Part shown: piece by piece, positions 11,562-23,188 of the stretch
How the letters are laid out: each line of letters starts with the position of its first letter
Numbering within the stretch: the first letter of the stretch is position 1
Origin: Craspedostauros australis
Taxonomy: Eukaryota
Direction: 5' to 3'
DNA length: 45,730 nucleotides
NCBI GenBank assembly: GCA_030167865.1
Contig: JALAGF010001194.1
Span: 1 to 45,730 of the forward strand
The notes under the pieces: generated by a model
What the model saw: the letters and a program-made list of their open reading frames with translations, nothing else
Database searches by the model: none
What the model was told of the DNA's origin: nothing
Program-made: the position numbers and the translations under genes

Positions 11562-14144
11562 GATTCTTTGAATGACTGGGAGGCAGGGCTGTTGAGGAGC
11601 TGCGAGGTTCGTTGAAGTCTCTCTTTTGGGGCAGAGTATGGGACGATTATAATAATCGTGCTCTTGTGCGTATCTGTGGAACTACCCGTTGCACGAGTGG
11701 GGGTATCCGATACTTGGATTGAAGATGCGAGTGAAGTGCTCGGCTGGTGTGGTAAAGAACAAAGAGAAGCGGAATAGGATAGCAGTGAAGACGCTGACGA
11801 CGATGAGGACAGCGTCACCAGTCTATTTGTAATTGTGTGGGCACCTGTTGATGAGTGGGTGGGGCTGTGGAGTTGGAACGGAAGTAGTTTTATGTTGCTT
11901 CAACCCGCCACTGATGTTACTGTTGTCGCTGTTGCTGCTGTTGCTGCTGTTGTTGCTGTTGTTGCTTCTGGTGGTATTAGGAGTTGCTGGTTCTGATGCT
12001 TGCGGGACCGTGCTGGCTGGTCTGCTTCCATGTGATGTGTGAGTTGGAGACTTGACCTCCTTTGGCTGTCCGAAGAGAGGTACTACAGTCTCACTGTTCT
12101 GCTCGTACTTGACACGAGTATTCCAATGCTGGTACTGTGGCTCGTTTGTGAACGCCTCGGAGTGAGCCGAGAAGGAGATTTGGGTGAGAAAGCGATTTTG
12201 TTCTGCCCCTGTTGAGCTTTTATGTGTTCTCCCAGACAACGGAACTCCCAACAAGGAGTCTCTCTTTGCATTGTTCACATGACGTGTGGGCGTCTTTGGG
12301 TTGTGATGTTGTCCCTTTTCCGCGCATCACACGCAGCGTTTCTGCTCCCCCTTGATGTTGGGGGATGTGAATTCAGCGATTTCCGAGCGCACGGCTTGTT
12401 GCGGTTTTGGACGAGTTTGTGTGGGAGAGAGTCGCACTCGTGGTTGGGCCCGATTGTCGTAAGTTGTGGGTGGTGCTGGACAGGTTGGGTCTTGACACAC
12501 ACGGTATTCTGATCACGCTTGAAGCCTTGTAGCAAAGCTACGTATGCCCTCGACATAAGCAACCCAAGACCAAACCTTTTTCCACCGTGATTAAATGAAC
12601 GCAACTTATTAACGAGAGACATTACTCAGTGTTCGTCAATTCGGTCATTCCCCCGTGTTGTTGGTCGATCTCCTGTACTATTTATCTCACAAAATACTCG
12701 CACATCCATACGTGCGGACAACAGGGAGATTTCTCCACTTGTTCTGTTGGTTGGAGTTCCACCTCCCGCAACAGCAACAGCACACCAACGCAGACGCAAG
12801 GGAACAGCAATGCGAACATGGGCAGCGGTGTGGGATGGAAAGATAAAACCACGCCGCGAGGATCACCCGCACTTTTTGTCCGACGTATCTTCGCCCTTCG
12901 GGGCGTTTGGAGGTGGCGATTACTGGGAGCACCATGACAGGAACAACAAGAACAACAACAACGGCATCACCAACTTCCGCAGCGACACTCCGGTGGTGAG
13001 AACGTCAAGGATTTCACCAGCCGCAACAACAATACCCGTGGCAATAATGCTCTGGATTGCGGCAGGTGTGTGACGATGATGGCGACGATGATGATTTTGC
13101 GTCATGGCAACGGTCTGGATCAACCATGTTTCACGTCATTGTGGAAGTTAATTTCTTGTGTGGTGCTCTGTCTGTTCCTTGAAACGGTTTTGGAGCGTGA
13201 AACGATGGAATTGAATTACGTGTTTCTCCAAAGGTTTGGTTTTCGCTCTCCTCACACATGATACTGGAGGGAACGGCAAGAAAAGAAGCAGAAACGGAAG
13301 AGGAAGTGGAAGTGTATGTGGAAGTGTGTGTGGATGCGGGGGCAGAGGTAGAGGCACAAGGAGAATTGATGATGGTCGGAACTCACAGAACGAAGGCACA
13401 TGGGATTTGACGATCCTCGCACCCCTTCGGCGCACGCTTTGTGCAAGCAGAAACCAACGACTTTCGCCCACGTTGATGTTGCCAAAGCCGACTTTGTTGC
13501 CTCAGTGCACGACACACCAGCGACGGACGGAGTTGCCGACTCTACTTGCATCGATTCGCCTTGACCGTGGGAATGGAGACGGGGATGATGCTGCCGTCAG
13601 CAGCTTGCTACTAATAGATAGGTACAGATGTTCGCACATATTCGCACATGTTCGCACTTGTTTGTTTGTGTGGCGCCATCGCGTACCATCCAGCCGCGAT
13701 GCACCAGAGAGCGCGATTGCCTTGTCTCCTGGTTTGGTGAGAGAACGTGGCGCCTCGATGCGAAGCCCGAAACGCGGTCGGACAACCCATGCCCGTGGCT
13801 ATCGTTCCAACAAGGCAACAATCACCAACACAACCAACAATTGACACAGATGCGCGATCAACACAGGCGCTGTTTGTGCCGTCGTCTCTCTTTTGTTCCC
13901 AAGGACATCCATCTGCCTTGGTTAGTTCTGACTCGCACACCATGCCAACTCCGACTGCGGGTCGTGGGTAGGAGTATTTTGTGAGCATCGCGCAGCACAT
14001 CGTGGTGGCGCCCTCTGCATTTACTTCGGCGATAGTGCTCTGTCGAGAGAGACACCGTCGCCATTACCACGCAGCTGATAGTACGTCAATGTTCGTGCCA
14101 CCTCCCTCGACTCGCGCCATAGTAGTAGTGATGTAGGAGTCGTG

Positions 14145-14171
14145 CGTTGTACGTTGTACGTTGTACGTTGT
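14145..14171. repeat. (CGTTGTA) heptamer repeat, about 4 copies
   Basis: Read directly. Confidence 0.85.
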
Positions 14172-15221
14172 GATTTCTCCCATCCGCGCGCCGGAGGATG
14201 AAACAGCCCTCATCCTTGGGACTACTCACTCTGTGGGCCATAGCAAGGATCCTAAGAGCAGAAGGGCGCCATGACAAGGTGGCGGCGGCCTTTCCAACCT
14301 GCGAGTATCGCCGAAGAGTCCTTTCTTCTCACTGCCCCACTCACATCTTGCGACCGCAGCATCTGAATCGCCACAAATCCAACGCAGATGACAAGGGACG
14401 AGAAGAGAAATTCACACTGGCAACTCCGTTGTTGTTGGCGAACGAATACAGAAGAGAACCCTGGCCTTTCACTCATTCTGCACAATGGTATCCGTCGAAC
14501 TTTCTTCATTCGTGTTGCATCACATTGAGCGTGTGGAGGTTGGAGTTGCTCATGCAAACGTTTGTCCAGATTCCTCCATGGATCCATGATCCTCTCGTGC
14601 TTTCTGCCAGATGGAGGAGTTGGATTCACTATCGTGTCTGTCTGTCTGAATGTTCCGTCAGTCTGATGCTTCTGTCTCTGTCTGTATTCAGCAAGACGAA
14701 GTCACGCTTTGGCTAAGCAGACATTCACACTTGTCCGTTTGCGTGTCTGTTTCAATCGAATCTCTCCGATTCCAATTCGTCCGTCCGGAGGTCTGTCTCC
14801 AAACATGCATCCAACACGAAGTGGACGAGATCAGCAGATGCCACACAACGAGCTGAAGATGTGGACAAGGAGTGGAGGGGCGCCTTTGGAGCACTGAGCA
14901 ATAGGTCGTATAATAACAATCCTTGGACGATTACAAACAGTAGGACGTCACATCGCATCACCACACTGGAGCGACGATGGCGTGAAGCAAGAAAATGGAA
15001 GCAACGGAGGCGATGGAGTTGTGTTGAATGAATGATTTGAAAAATCTAACTGTTCAGTTTCTATTGTGTTTGTTGTTTGGTGACTGCTTCGGCTTTGTTT
15101 GGTTGCGTTGTATTTCATTTGGCTTGGTTTGATGGAGATTGCTTGGTGGGCGAAACTTCAATCCAAGCCAAGAATTGTTTTCTCGGGTTGCGATTGTGAA
15201 TTGCGATGAAAGGGTGGGGCC

Positions 15222-15731
15222 TTACAAGAAGAGCTGACGCGCAATGCGCTTGTGCGACGCCGCTGGAGATGGACGCATCTTGAGGGAGATGGATCTGGGC
15301 AGGCCGAACATGTGATCGTCATATGTTGGTGTGCTTGCCATTGTGGATCCTCCTGGTGCCAGCATGCTCACGGAGTCATCAATGTCGACATCCTCCAGAT
15401 CGGGAACCATCAGCTTCTGGTGCGAATCCAGCACCGAGGAGAGGAAGCTGACGCATTCGCATCCACCCTGCTGCTTCCAAAGGCGCATGCGCTTCTTTGG
15501 GTTGGGTGGGGAGTGGAAGAGCTGGCGGACGGGAGGCAAAGTTGCATCCACTTCTGGCGACATTGGTGGCATGTCTGATGATGCTGTTGTTGCGATTGTG
15601 GAATACGGAGACGACGGTGGTGATGACAGGGAGATAGATGATACTCTTCGCATGATGGGAGTGATGGTTGAGGAGGTGTTGCAGCTCTGGGTGCTGAAGT
15701 TCATGTTCATCATTGCGTTGGTGGTGTTCAT
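15222..15731 (-). CDS. Hypothetical Ser/Pro-rich 169-aa protein with NLS-like PKKRMR
   Basis: aaaATG start after a CAA-rich leader, protein-like composition with several SP/TP sites, followed by a low-complexity 3' region. No recognised domain. Confidence 0.65.
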   Translation of the reverse strand: MNTTNAMMNMNFSTQSCNTSSTITPIMRRVSSISLSSPPSSPYSTIATTASSDMPPMSPEVDATLPPVRQLFHSPPNPKKRMRLWKQQGGCECVSFLSSVLDSHQKLMVPDLEDVDIDDSVSMLAPGGSTMASTPTYDDHMFGLPRSISLKMRPSPAASHKRIARQLFL

Positions 15732-17810
15732 TTTGATGTTGTCGTTGCTGCTTTTGATTTTCGACGTTGTTTATGTGAGGAAGACTTGTGTTTGTTTTGG
15801 TCTGCTTGGTTGAGAAATGAGAACGATGATGATCTGAAATGAGAGAGAGAGGAAGGATGGAGGAGCTGCGCGTGGGCAAGTGTGTTGGTTGCGTATCGGC
15901 TTGGTGTGTGGTGGGATGTTGTGACCATCACGAGAGTCCTCGGCCAGGATGGTCAGCCGCCACCGTGTGCAACCAAAGTTGCAGCCGATGAAGGCGCAAC
16001 CCATGGATGCACGCAACCACCAAAACGCGAACTTGATGCCATCGCCCCAGCCAATGCACGACAGACAACGAGGCTTGACACAAGACTGGCGAGTGTCCTC
16101 TCTCCGAGCCTCTTCGTCGCCCTTTCGGTTTCTTTGCTCTCCATTCGCTTCCTCCAAGCAATCAAAAGTTCGTTCCTCCTCCGATGTTCCTCGTCCGCAC
16201 TGGCGCACGTTGCAGCTGCTGTTGGCGTTGCTGTTGCTGTTGTGATCATTTTGCTCGTTGCTGTTCGTCGCCAGAACTTCGTGCCGTTCGTCACATGTCT
16301 TCTTGTCCACGTTTCGGAATTCAAAACGGATGATCGACTCCGTGCAGTCAATGGATGACTGATTCGATCAAACTGGCAGCATCTGACGTGTCATTCAACC
16401 ATCGATCTATTCGACCAACGAGTTGATCACTCAGCGCGGTGTCCGTCCGTTGAAATTCCGCAGGCGAAACTGTTCTTGCATGTTGCTCTCGTTGTTCCCG
16501 GATTCATCTTCCAATGCCGGGATTAATATGCGTATCTCGTGAGATGATTGGCCAGTGTCAAATACGGTTCTTACGTTGAAAAGACTGTTTGCGTTAAGTG
16601 ATATCGTGCGTAGAGCCATGCTGACTTGGGTGGACTGAGTTTACTTGGGCAGATCAATCCGTTAGATAACCGTCAATTGCATCGAAACGTATCACATTCA
16701 CGGCGCGTCGTCTCACATAACGCAAACAGAAATTTCCGTACCACATGGAGCGCATGAACTTTTCTGTACGTGGACTGACGAAAAATGCATAATAGTAAAA
16801 CGCACGATAACACATGTCACATCACAGCATCTCCCCTTGTTTGCTCTCTTTCTCACTGCGGATGATGGCACTGCTGTTCAATGAGAAAATTTTGGATACG
16901 CTGTCATGCTTGACCGTATTCGCATCATCAACAGGAGCACCGAAAGCACCAAAGAAAAAGGGTCGCCAGAAGGTGTTGCTCAGTGTTATTCCCGTGAGAA
17001 TGCTGTGAGTATGGTGAAGTTGATGGCGCACCTCCTGCGGAAACCCGACCCTGGACACAGACTCAACGGAAAGTCAACATCATGGACACCCCCAGCACTA
17101 ACGGATGGCGAGTGGAAGCAACCTCGAGCGTTTGTGGCATCTCCTCTCTCCAAAACATCTGGACAACACAGGCGGGAACGAAACAGCAAGCCCCACTCTC
17201 CCATTATCATCATCCGCATCCGTATCGTCGGTGTCATCGGTATCGTTGTTGTTGTTGTTCTCGCTATCATCCATCGTTGCCAACCACATTGTCTGTGCCA
17301 TCCATTCTCAGCAACAGCGAACAGTAGCGTGAACAGCAACGTTAACAAGAACATCACCCGAGTATCGTACTTCGCTCTCCTTCACGATTTGTGTCGATCG
17401 CTTCAGCGACATCGTTGCGCGGACAAGCACCAATCCATCCATTGCTACGCGAGGACTCTTCCCCCTCCACCAAAGTTAGGACATCATCCATCGGCATCCA
17501 ACCAACAAACCAACAAGCAAAGAACCACAACAACGGCAGCAACTACGGCAGCAATAACGACAGTGACGAGCCAGAAGCAACGGCCACAACTATCATTCTC
17601 ACCACGAACGACGACATTTCTTCGGCGACCATTACATTGACACCCACAGCCACAGTCACATTCTCATTCAGTTCCCAACTCCCACCAAGCAACTGATCCG
17701 CGCAAGACGGCTCTGTTGGAAGACTCCCACAAGACCAAACGATTGCATAAAAACTCCAGTCAAACCGCGCTGCGCTCGATAGCACAGTACGCGTATCCGC
17801 ATTGACTGCG

Positions 17811-18788
17811 ATGAAGCGTGTCATTGCGCCGGAAAGTGATCCGTTCGACGCGAGCGGCGAAGACGATTACAGCTCCTACCTGCTGCAGCAGCTGTCCGCC
17901 GAAGAGTCCGTATTCGGCACCATCGCCGGCAGCAAGCACAAAGGCATTGCGCCGCCCATCGACGACGACAAGTTGGATGACAATCAACGAACCGTCGAAC
18001 AACAACAGCAACCGAACGAGCAGAAAGAGGAACAGCCCGAGGCGGACGGCGACGCATCCTTGCGACAACAGGACAGCGACGCATCGTTGGTGGCGCTGAG
18101 CAGCAAGAGGCACGCCAGACGGAGGAGGCGGGCACGCAGAGGCAGAAGGGCCCGCAGCGGCGACAAGACCGGAAAGACCGTGACGTTGGTGAAGCTGGTG
18201 CCGGAGAGCGAGACAGCCGAAGAGGAGAAACCGGTCGCGGAGCAAGTGCAGCGGCGCGACGATCTGGAGGATACCAAAGTCGTCGATCTCAATCGCCATC
18301 CGAAGACCGGGTACGTGAAGCTGAAGGAGCCGGCCGCCGCCGACATCGCCATCAATATTGGACACGAAGAAGAAGAGGAGAAGCCGCAGAAGGTCGACGA
18401 GCCCGCACGCAACAGCAGGAAGGCGCGCGACGACACGACGCAGGTCACCGAAGAGAAGACCATGGACGAGGATTTCAGCGTGTCGACGATGCGGACGTAC
18501 GGCACGTATGGGACCTACGGAACCTTGCGCACCGCCGGACTGGATGAGGACCAGACCGTGCTGCTGGAGGAGATGATGAAGGAAAAGAAACGGAGGAACA
18601 AGGGCGCCGGCGTGCTGGCGAGGGCCTCATCGTGCGTGCAGGATCTCAAGGAGGAGATCACGGGGACGTACCAGGATACCGTGGCGAGCATGTCGCAAGT
18701 GTGCTGCGCCTTCACGCTGACGGATAAGGATCTGCGCGTGGTGTCGGGGCACATCCGTCGTTCGCGACGCGAATTCTCGAAAGTGTGA
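17811..18788 (+). CDS. Hypothetical acidic/basic disordered protein with conserved C-terminal helical domain shared with the neighbouring gene
   Basis: ATG at 17811 (the ORF track starts at TTG 17802) and strong GC3 bias. C-terminal EEITGTYQDTVASMSQVCCAFTLTDKDLRVV aligns without gaps to the C-terminus of the 19567-21063 product. Confidence 0.8.
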   Translation: MKRVIAPESDPFDASGEDDYSSYLLQQLSAEESVFGTIAGSKHKGIAPPIDDDKLDDNQRTVEQQQQPNEQKEEQPEADGDASLRQQDSDASLVALSSKRHARRRRRARRGRRARSGDKTGKTVTLVKLVPESETAEEEKPVAEQVQRRDDLEDTKVVDLNRHPKTGYVKLKEPAAADIAINIGHEEEEEKPQKVDEPARNSRKARDDTTQVTEEKTMDEDFSVSTMRTYGTYGTYGTLRTAGLDEDQTVLLEEMMKEKKRRNKGAGVLARASSCVQDLKEEITGTYQDTVASMSQVCCAFTLTDKDLRVVSGHIRRSRREFSKV

Positions 18789-19566
18789 GACAACGAGCGA
18801 TGGGCTCTTGAGAGAAGCAACGAGATGAGAAAGGGAAAAGCAAGCGATATGATGTGATATGATACGATATGGCATGGTATTGTATTGCACATATGTGCAT
18901 CCTGGTACCCATGGAGAAAGGCCATGGAGGAGCAAGAGAAAGGAGTGAGCTTTCGCGTACGCATAGGAGGTGCTACAGCATGTTGTGATAATAATGAATG
19001 TGGATGATCGACATGAGGCAATAGAAACAGTAAAAGCAAAGATGGTTGGAAGACAACGAACAGGGAATTATATTATACAAGAGTGCTCCACTCTAATATC
19101 CCAGCTGGTTGGAACGTGAATTGTTGTCGCCACACGATTGGCGAGTGCTTGGTTGTCTCATTATTTGCAGTGCTCTATGGTACTGTCCGTCACTACGTAC
19201 ACGCTCAATGTTGTGGTGGTTCAAGTAGAGCGCGACAGCACGGGCAACGGTGATGTGGAACTAATGTATTAGGTATGTATGCCATGCTTCCTTTTCACAT
19301 GGAATGTTCATACGGTACTATTATTATACATACTTTCATTCATAGTATAGATCGTTCTCGTGCTGTTGTATTTTTCTCTGCGTCTGTCTGTCTATCTGTA
19401 GCACTATCATTATATAATACCACACATGTAAGTACTTGGCTATCGTTGCGCATGCAGGACGTAATGAATCACAACACATTCCAGTCCAGTCCGTATACCA
19501 ATAGAGTGAAGTGCCCCGCTCAGTGTCCAGCTCAGTGTCCAGCTGAGTACCCTCCTCTAATACGAG

Positions 19567-21063
19567 CTACGCATCGAAATGCGTCTTGGCTCTGTCGATC
19601 TTCTTGGTGACGGCCCGGATGTCGTGGTCCGTGAGGGTGAAGGCGTTGAATACCTGATCCATGCTGACGACGGTATCTTCGAAGGCGCCCGAGACCTCCT
19701 CCCCGATCTTGCGGATGAAGCGGGCCCCCGAGGCGCAGTTGAGGATGGAGCCAGCGCCCGCGGGGTCCTCCTGTTCGTACGCGGCTGTGAGGACGGTGGC
19801 CGTGCCGTCATCGTCGAAGGTCGCCGTGTCGTTGGCCGTGCTGCTGACCGTGCGGTCGTTGTCCGTGTCGGTCTCTTCACCGGAGGGCAGGGTGTCAGGA
19901 GTGTAGGTGGTGGTGCCGGAGCGCTTCTTGGAAGGCTTTTCCTTGGAGGACTTGTCCTTGGATTTTGACTTGATGCCGAGGAATCCCCTATCGTTGCGGC
20001 TCTTGGTGAGGTTCTTGAAGAAGCCCCTGCTCTTGCGCTTGTTCTTTCGTGGCGAGCCCTCGCCCTCGTTGTCCGCCTCCTCGTCCGTCATGCTTTCCGT
20101 GGTCTGGGTGTCCTTTGAGTTGGTGCTGAGCGATGGATCGTGGGGTTTGGTGGCTGGAGATTTTGGAGTGGAGCTGGGCCGGTTTTCCGTCACACGGATG
20201 ATGGGTGAACCGGCCGGAGAGCGGGGCGTGGAAGCAGCCGGAGACACAGTCGAAGAGGCACGGGTGGTTCTGCTGGGCGTGCGATGCGGGTTGGCGTCGA
20301 AGGTGGCGTCGCCGATGCTCTGGAGAGCCATTGTGGCCGAGGCTGTGGCAGCTGTGGTTGCGCTGTGATCAAGGCTGACGTCGTTGGGATTGGTGCTGCC
20401 GCTGGTGGTGCTGGTAGTATGGCTGGTATGGCTCGTGTTGAGAGCCTTTGAGGCTGATTTGTGACGAGATCTCCGCCTGGCAGAGTTGACGGCTTTGGTC
20501 GCTTTGGGTGATCTGGACTTGGACGTTGGCGTTGCGGTGGACGCCCTCGTTGGTGAAGCCGCACCTGAGGACGCAGCAGCCGCAGCAGGCGAAGACTCAG
20601 CAGGTGGAGCCTCCATGGGTGAAGCAGACTTGGGCAGGGGCTGCATGCCATCCAGCTGGCCCCTGTAGGCTCTGCGACGATTGAGCAACCTCTGCTGCCG
20701 CTGAGCATCGTACTGCGCCCGCTGCGGCGGATCTGCCAGCACCCTGACAGCCAGCACGACCGCATCCAGCCTCTGCTCCGTGGTGGTGCGCTGGGCATCG
20801 ACAACATCCTCGCTGGTCTGCGAAGTGTCGTTGCCCAGGTCCGCCAGGATGCCAAAGAGCTCGCTCCTGCGCTCGAAGTACGCCAGCTGGATCTGCTCGG
20901 GCGTTGCCGCCACAGAAACGCGCAGCACGTCGCTGTACAGATCAGCGAAGTCGCCGAACGCGCGGTCGATCAATCCGAGGTCTTGCAAGTCCATTGTCTC
21001 TGCTGTTGTCGTTGCTGCTGCTGCTGATGGCTGGTGCAGTGAGGGTGCTGTCGCTGAAGCCAT
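19567..21063 (-). CDS. J-domain-like protein lacking HPD, with S/T/P-rich linker and conserved C-terminal domain, 498 aa
   Basis: N-terminal J-fold pattern DLYSDVLRVSVAATPEQIQLAY...AVRVLADPPQRAQYD with no HPD. Lys-rich segment, then C-terminal EEVSGAFEDTVVSMDQVFNAFTLTDHDIRAV. Confidence 0.85.
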   Translation of the reverse strand: MASATAPSLHQPSAAAATTTAETMDLQDLGLIDRAFGDFADLYSDVLRVSVAATPEQIQLAYFERRSELFGILADLGNDTSQTSEDVVDAQRTTTEQRLDAVVLAVRVLADPPQRAQYDAQRQQRLLNRRRAYRGQLDGMQPLPKSASPMEAPPAESSPAAAAASSGAASPTRASTATPTSKSRSPKATKAVNSARRRSRHKSASKALNTSHTSHTTSTTSGSTNPNDVSLDHSATTAATASATMALQSIGDATFDANPHRTPSRTTRASSTVSPAASTPRSPAGSPIIRVTENRPSSTPKSPATKPHDPSLSTNSKDTQTTESMTDEEADNEGEGSPRKNKRKSRGFFKNLTKSRNDRGFLGIKSKSKDKSSKEKPSKKRSGTTTYTPDTLPSGEETDTDNDRTVSSTANDTATFDDDGTATVLTAAYEQEDPAGAGSILNCASGARFIRKIGEEVSGAFEDTVVSMDQVFNAFTLTDHDIRAVTKKIDRAKTHFDA

Positions 21064-21201
21064 GCCTGCCCTCCCCCTGATTTGCGAGGTCCTGTCGGTG
21101 TCAAGTTGGCGCCAAGTTGTTGTGAATCTCGGCTCTGTGTGCTTGCGACAACTGCGTTGCTATGGACGTGAGGTGAATCAGGTCCTTCGTTAGAACTCAG
21201 C

Positions 21202-21226
21202 TCAATCCAATCCAATCCAATCCAAT
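21202..21226. repeat. (TCCAA)n pentamer microsatellite upstream of the J-like gene
   Basis: tcaa tccaa tccaa tccaa tccaa t. Confidence 0.85.
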
Positions 21227-23188
21227 TCTGCGATGCGCTTCAATGATGGCAATGATGGAGGTATCGTCCTATTGTGCTCTGTTCAATCTCTGGTCAACTC
21301 TTGGATGTGTTCGTGGATGTGTTCGTTGATTCTTTGTTTGGCTGTGCTCATCGAAAAAGGAGAGCTGCTGAGGTGCTGCTGGTATTATTTGTGCACGTGC
21401 CCATGCGCATTCGCCTCAACAGGAATCGTCTCCACTCTTGCGATTCGACTTGGTGGGTTGCCACGATGGTGATGTTGATGTTGATGCTGATGGATAAGAG
21501 TGTGTTGCTTGTCCTCCGTCTTCCTGTCTCTTGTCGTCTCTTGCGGCTGCTGCTGCCAGTGTATAGTATAGTACCTGTTTGTGGCAGTATCCGTGGCTGT
21601 ACTCCCACTCGTAACTCGTACTATTCGCACGAAGAGTGTCAAACAGTCTGTGTTCTGTTCGTGTCTCTTCTTGTTTTGTGTCGCCTTCCCTGGCGTTGTT
21701 CATCCGCCGCTCTCTCTTTGTCACAGTTTGCCGTTGCTGCCTTGCGATCGTCGTTGCGGGATGCAATTTTGGGTTTTGCTTGGCGGCATCCGCATTGCAC
21801 ATGGAAAACCACCGTCGCAACGGAAATACTTACAATGGCGTCGGTGATGGCCACGACATGTCGTTCTGTAATTAACCCCAATTTATCATTCAGGTGTGAA
21901 TAAACAATAATGATCCCACACTTATGACTCGGACTTGCCTCACATTTTTTTGAATTGCCACAAACCATTTCGCGGGATGGAACAAGATGCGCATGTCCGC
22001 CACCAACCCGCCAATGATGTGTGCTGCCGCCTCCCACAAATCCAACACAGAATGACTCCCTCTCATCTCGTCCCACCCTGCTTCACTTCACTTCATCAGA
22101 TTTCAATTCATTCTGTGGACAAATAAATCCCTCCTCGCTTGCGTGCGTGTGCCTCTCGTCTTGTTTGGTTTGAATACATAGTAGCACAATCTTGAAGCTT
22201 GATTCAATTTACTCTCTCTCTACTCTCTCGATGAATATAGTATTATATTAGACAACAGGACAGAGCTCCGACAACATAGAATACCATAATAGCGTTTCAT
22301 GTGCACACCATCTCCAAATGATTCTTACGAATGGAAATTTAGACGCAAGTTAAATAATTTCATGGTGTTGCCCATCATGGAGGTGCACCTTGTGGAACAT
22401 CGCAAGATTGGTTGCAACAACTTCGTGTGATTGTGAACGGCAAATTTTATATGCAAGCCATCCACACGAATCGTCTCAACGTTGTTGCCACTCATTCATT
22501 TGTTGCACGCAATCCTTTGCGTGTGTCGACGATGCACTCTTGCTTTCCGCGATGATCAAATCGTGAGGTACCATTGCCCATGCATTATGCTATTATACTA
22601 CGGCTATGTGTAGTACCCATCTCTGCTCATGCGGCATGATGTTCTGTGATGTGATGACGTTCATGATCATCTTGAACATGGACTTGGCCACTGGTGGACC
22701 AGAACGCCTTCAGAATCAATAGCAATTGTGGCGACCAGCGACCCCACGAACATGAGCCTGCGTTTTCTACCCAGGAAGGTGGACTGGATGATCCATGTGC
22801 ACGTCACGCCGGCCTGCTCATGTGAAGTGCGCCAAGTGAATTCCCGTTTGACCAAATCGATCAAAAGCTCATCTCGATCGACCACTTCGATTTGATTGCT
22901 CGTTTTGAAATTCAAAATCGAGGAATTCACGAAACGCAAACGGAGACAACACGACGACCTGCATCGAACCGTGCTTCCACCAACAAGACGCCACGATCCA
23001 ATGCAACGCAGTCGGTTGTTTGGCTTCTTGGCCAATCCTCATCCTTGGGTATTCTTGCTCGTGTCGAGTATCGACACTCTTCTGTTCATGAATCTGGACC
23101 TCCACAATCAAGAGAGTGGCATGTTGACGCGCTCTAGTTGCATTATCATCATCAACGTCAACATCGCCGTCTTGCTTCATTCATCGCA

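Noticed and set aside
12747-13073. 108-aa plus-strand ORF
   Set aside because: No domain, low-complexity Asn run and no clear codon bias; it cannot be supported as a gene.
16384-16389. TGACGT (bZIP/aureochrome-type site) upstream of the 169-aa gene
   Set aside because: A single hexamer is expected by chance many times in 45 kb.
16906-17640. 244-aa ORF upstream of the 17811 gene
   Set aside because: TTG start and a translation dominated by simple repeats; better explained as C/A-rich leader or promoter sequence.
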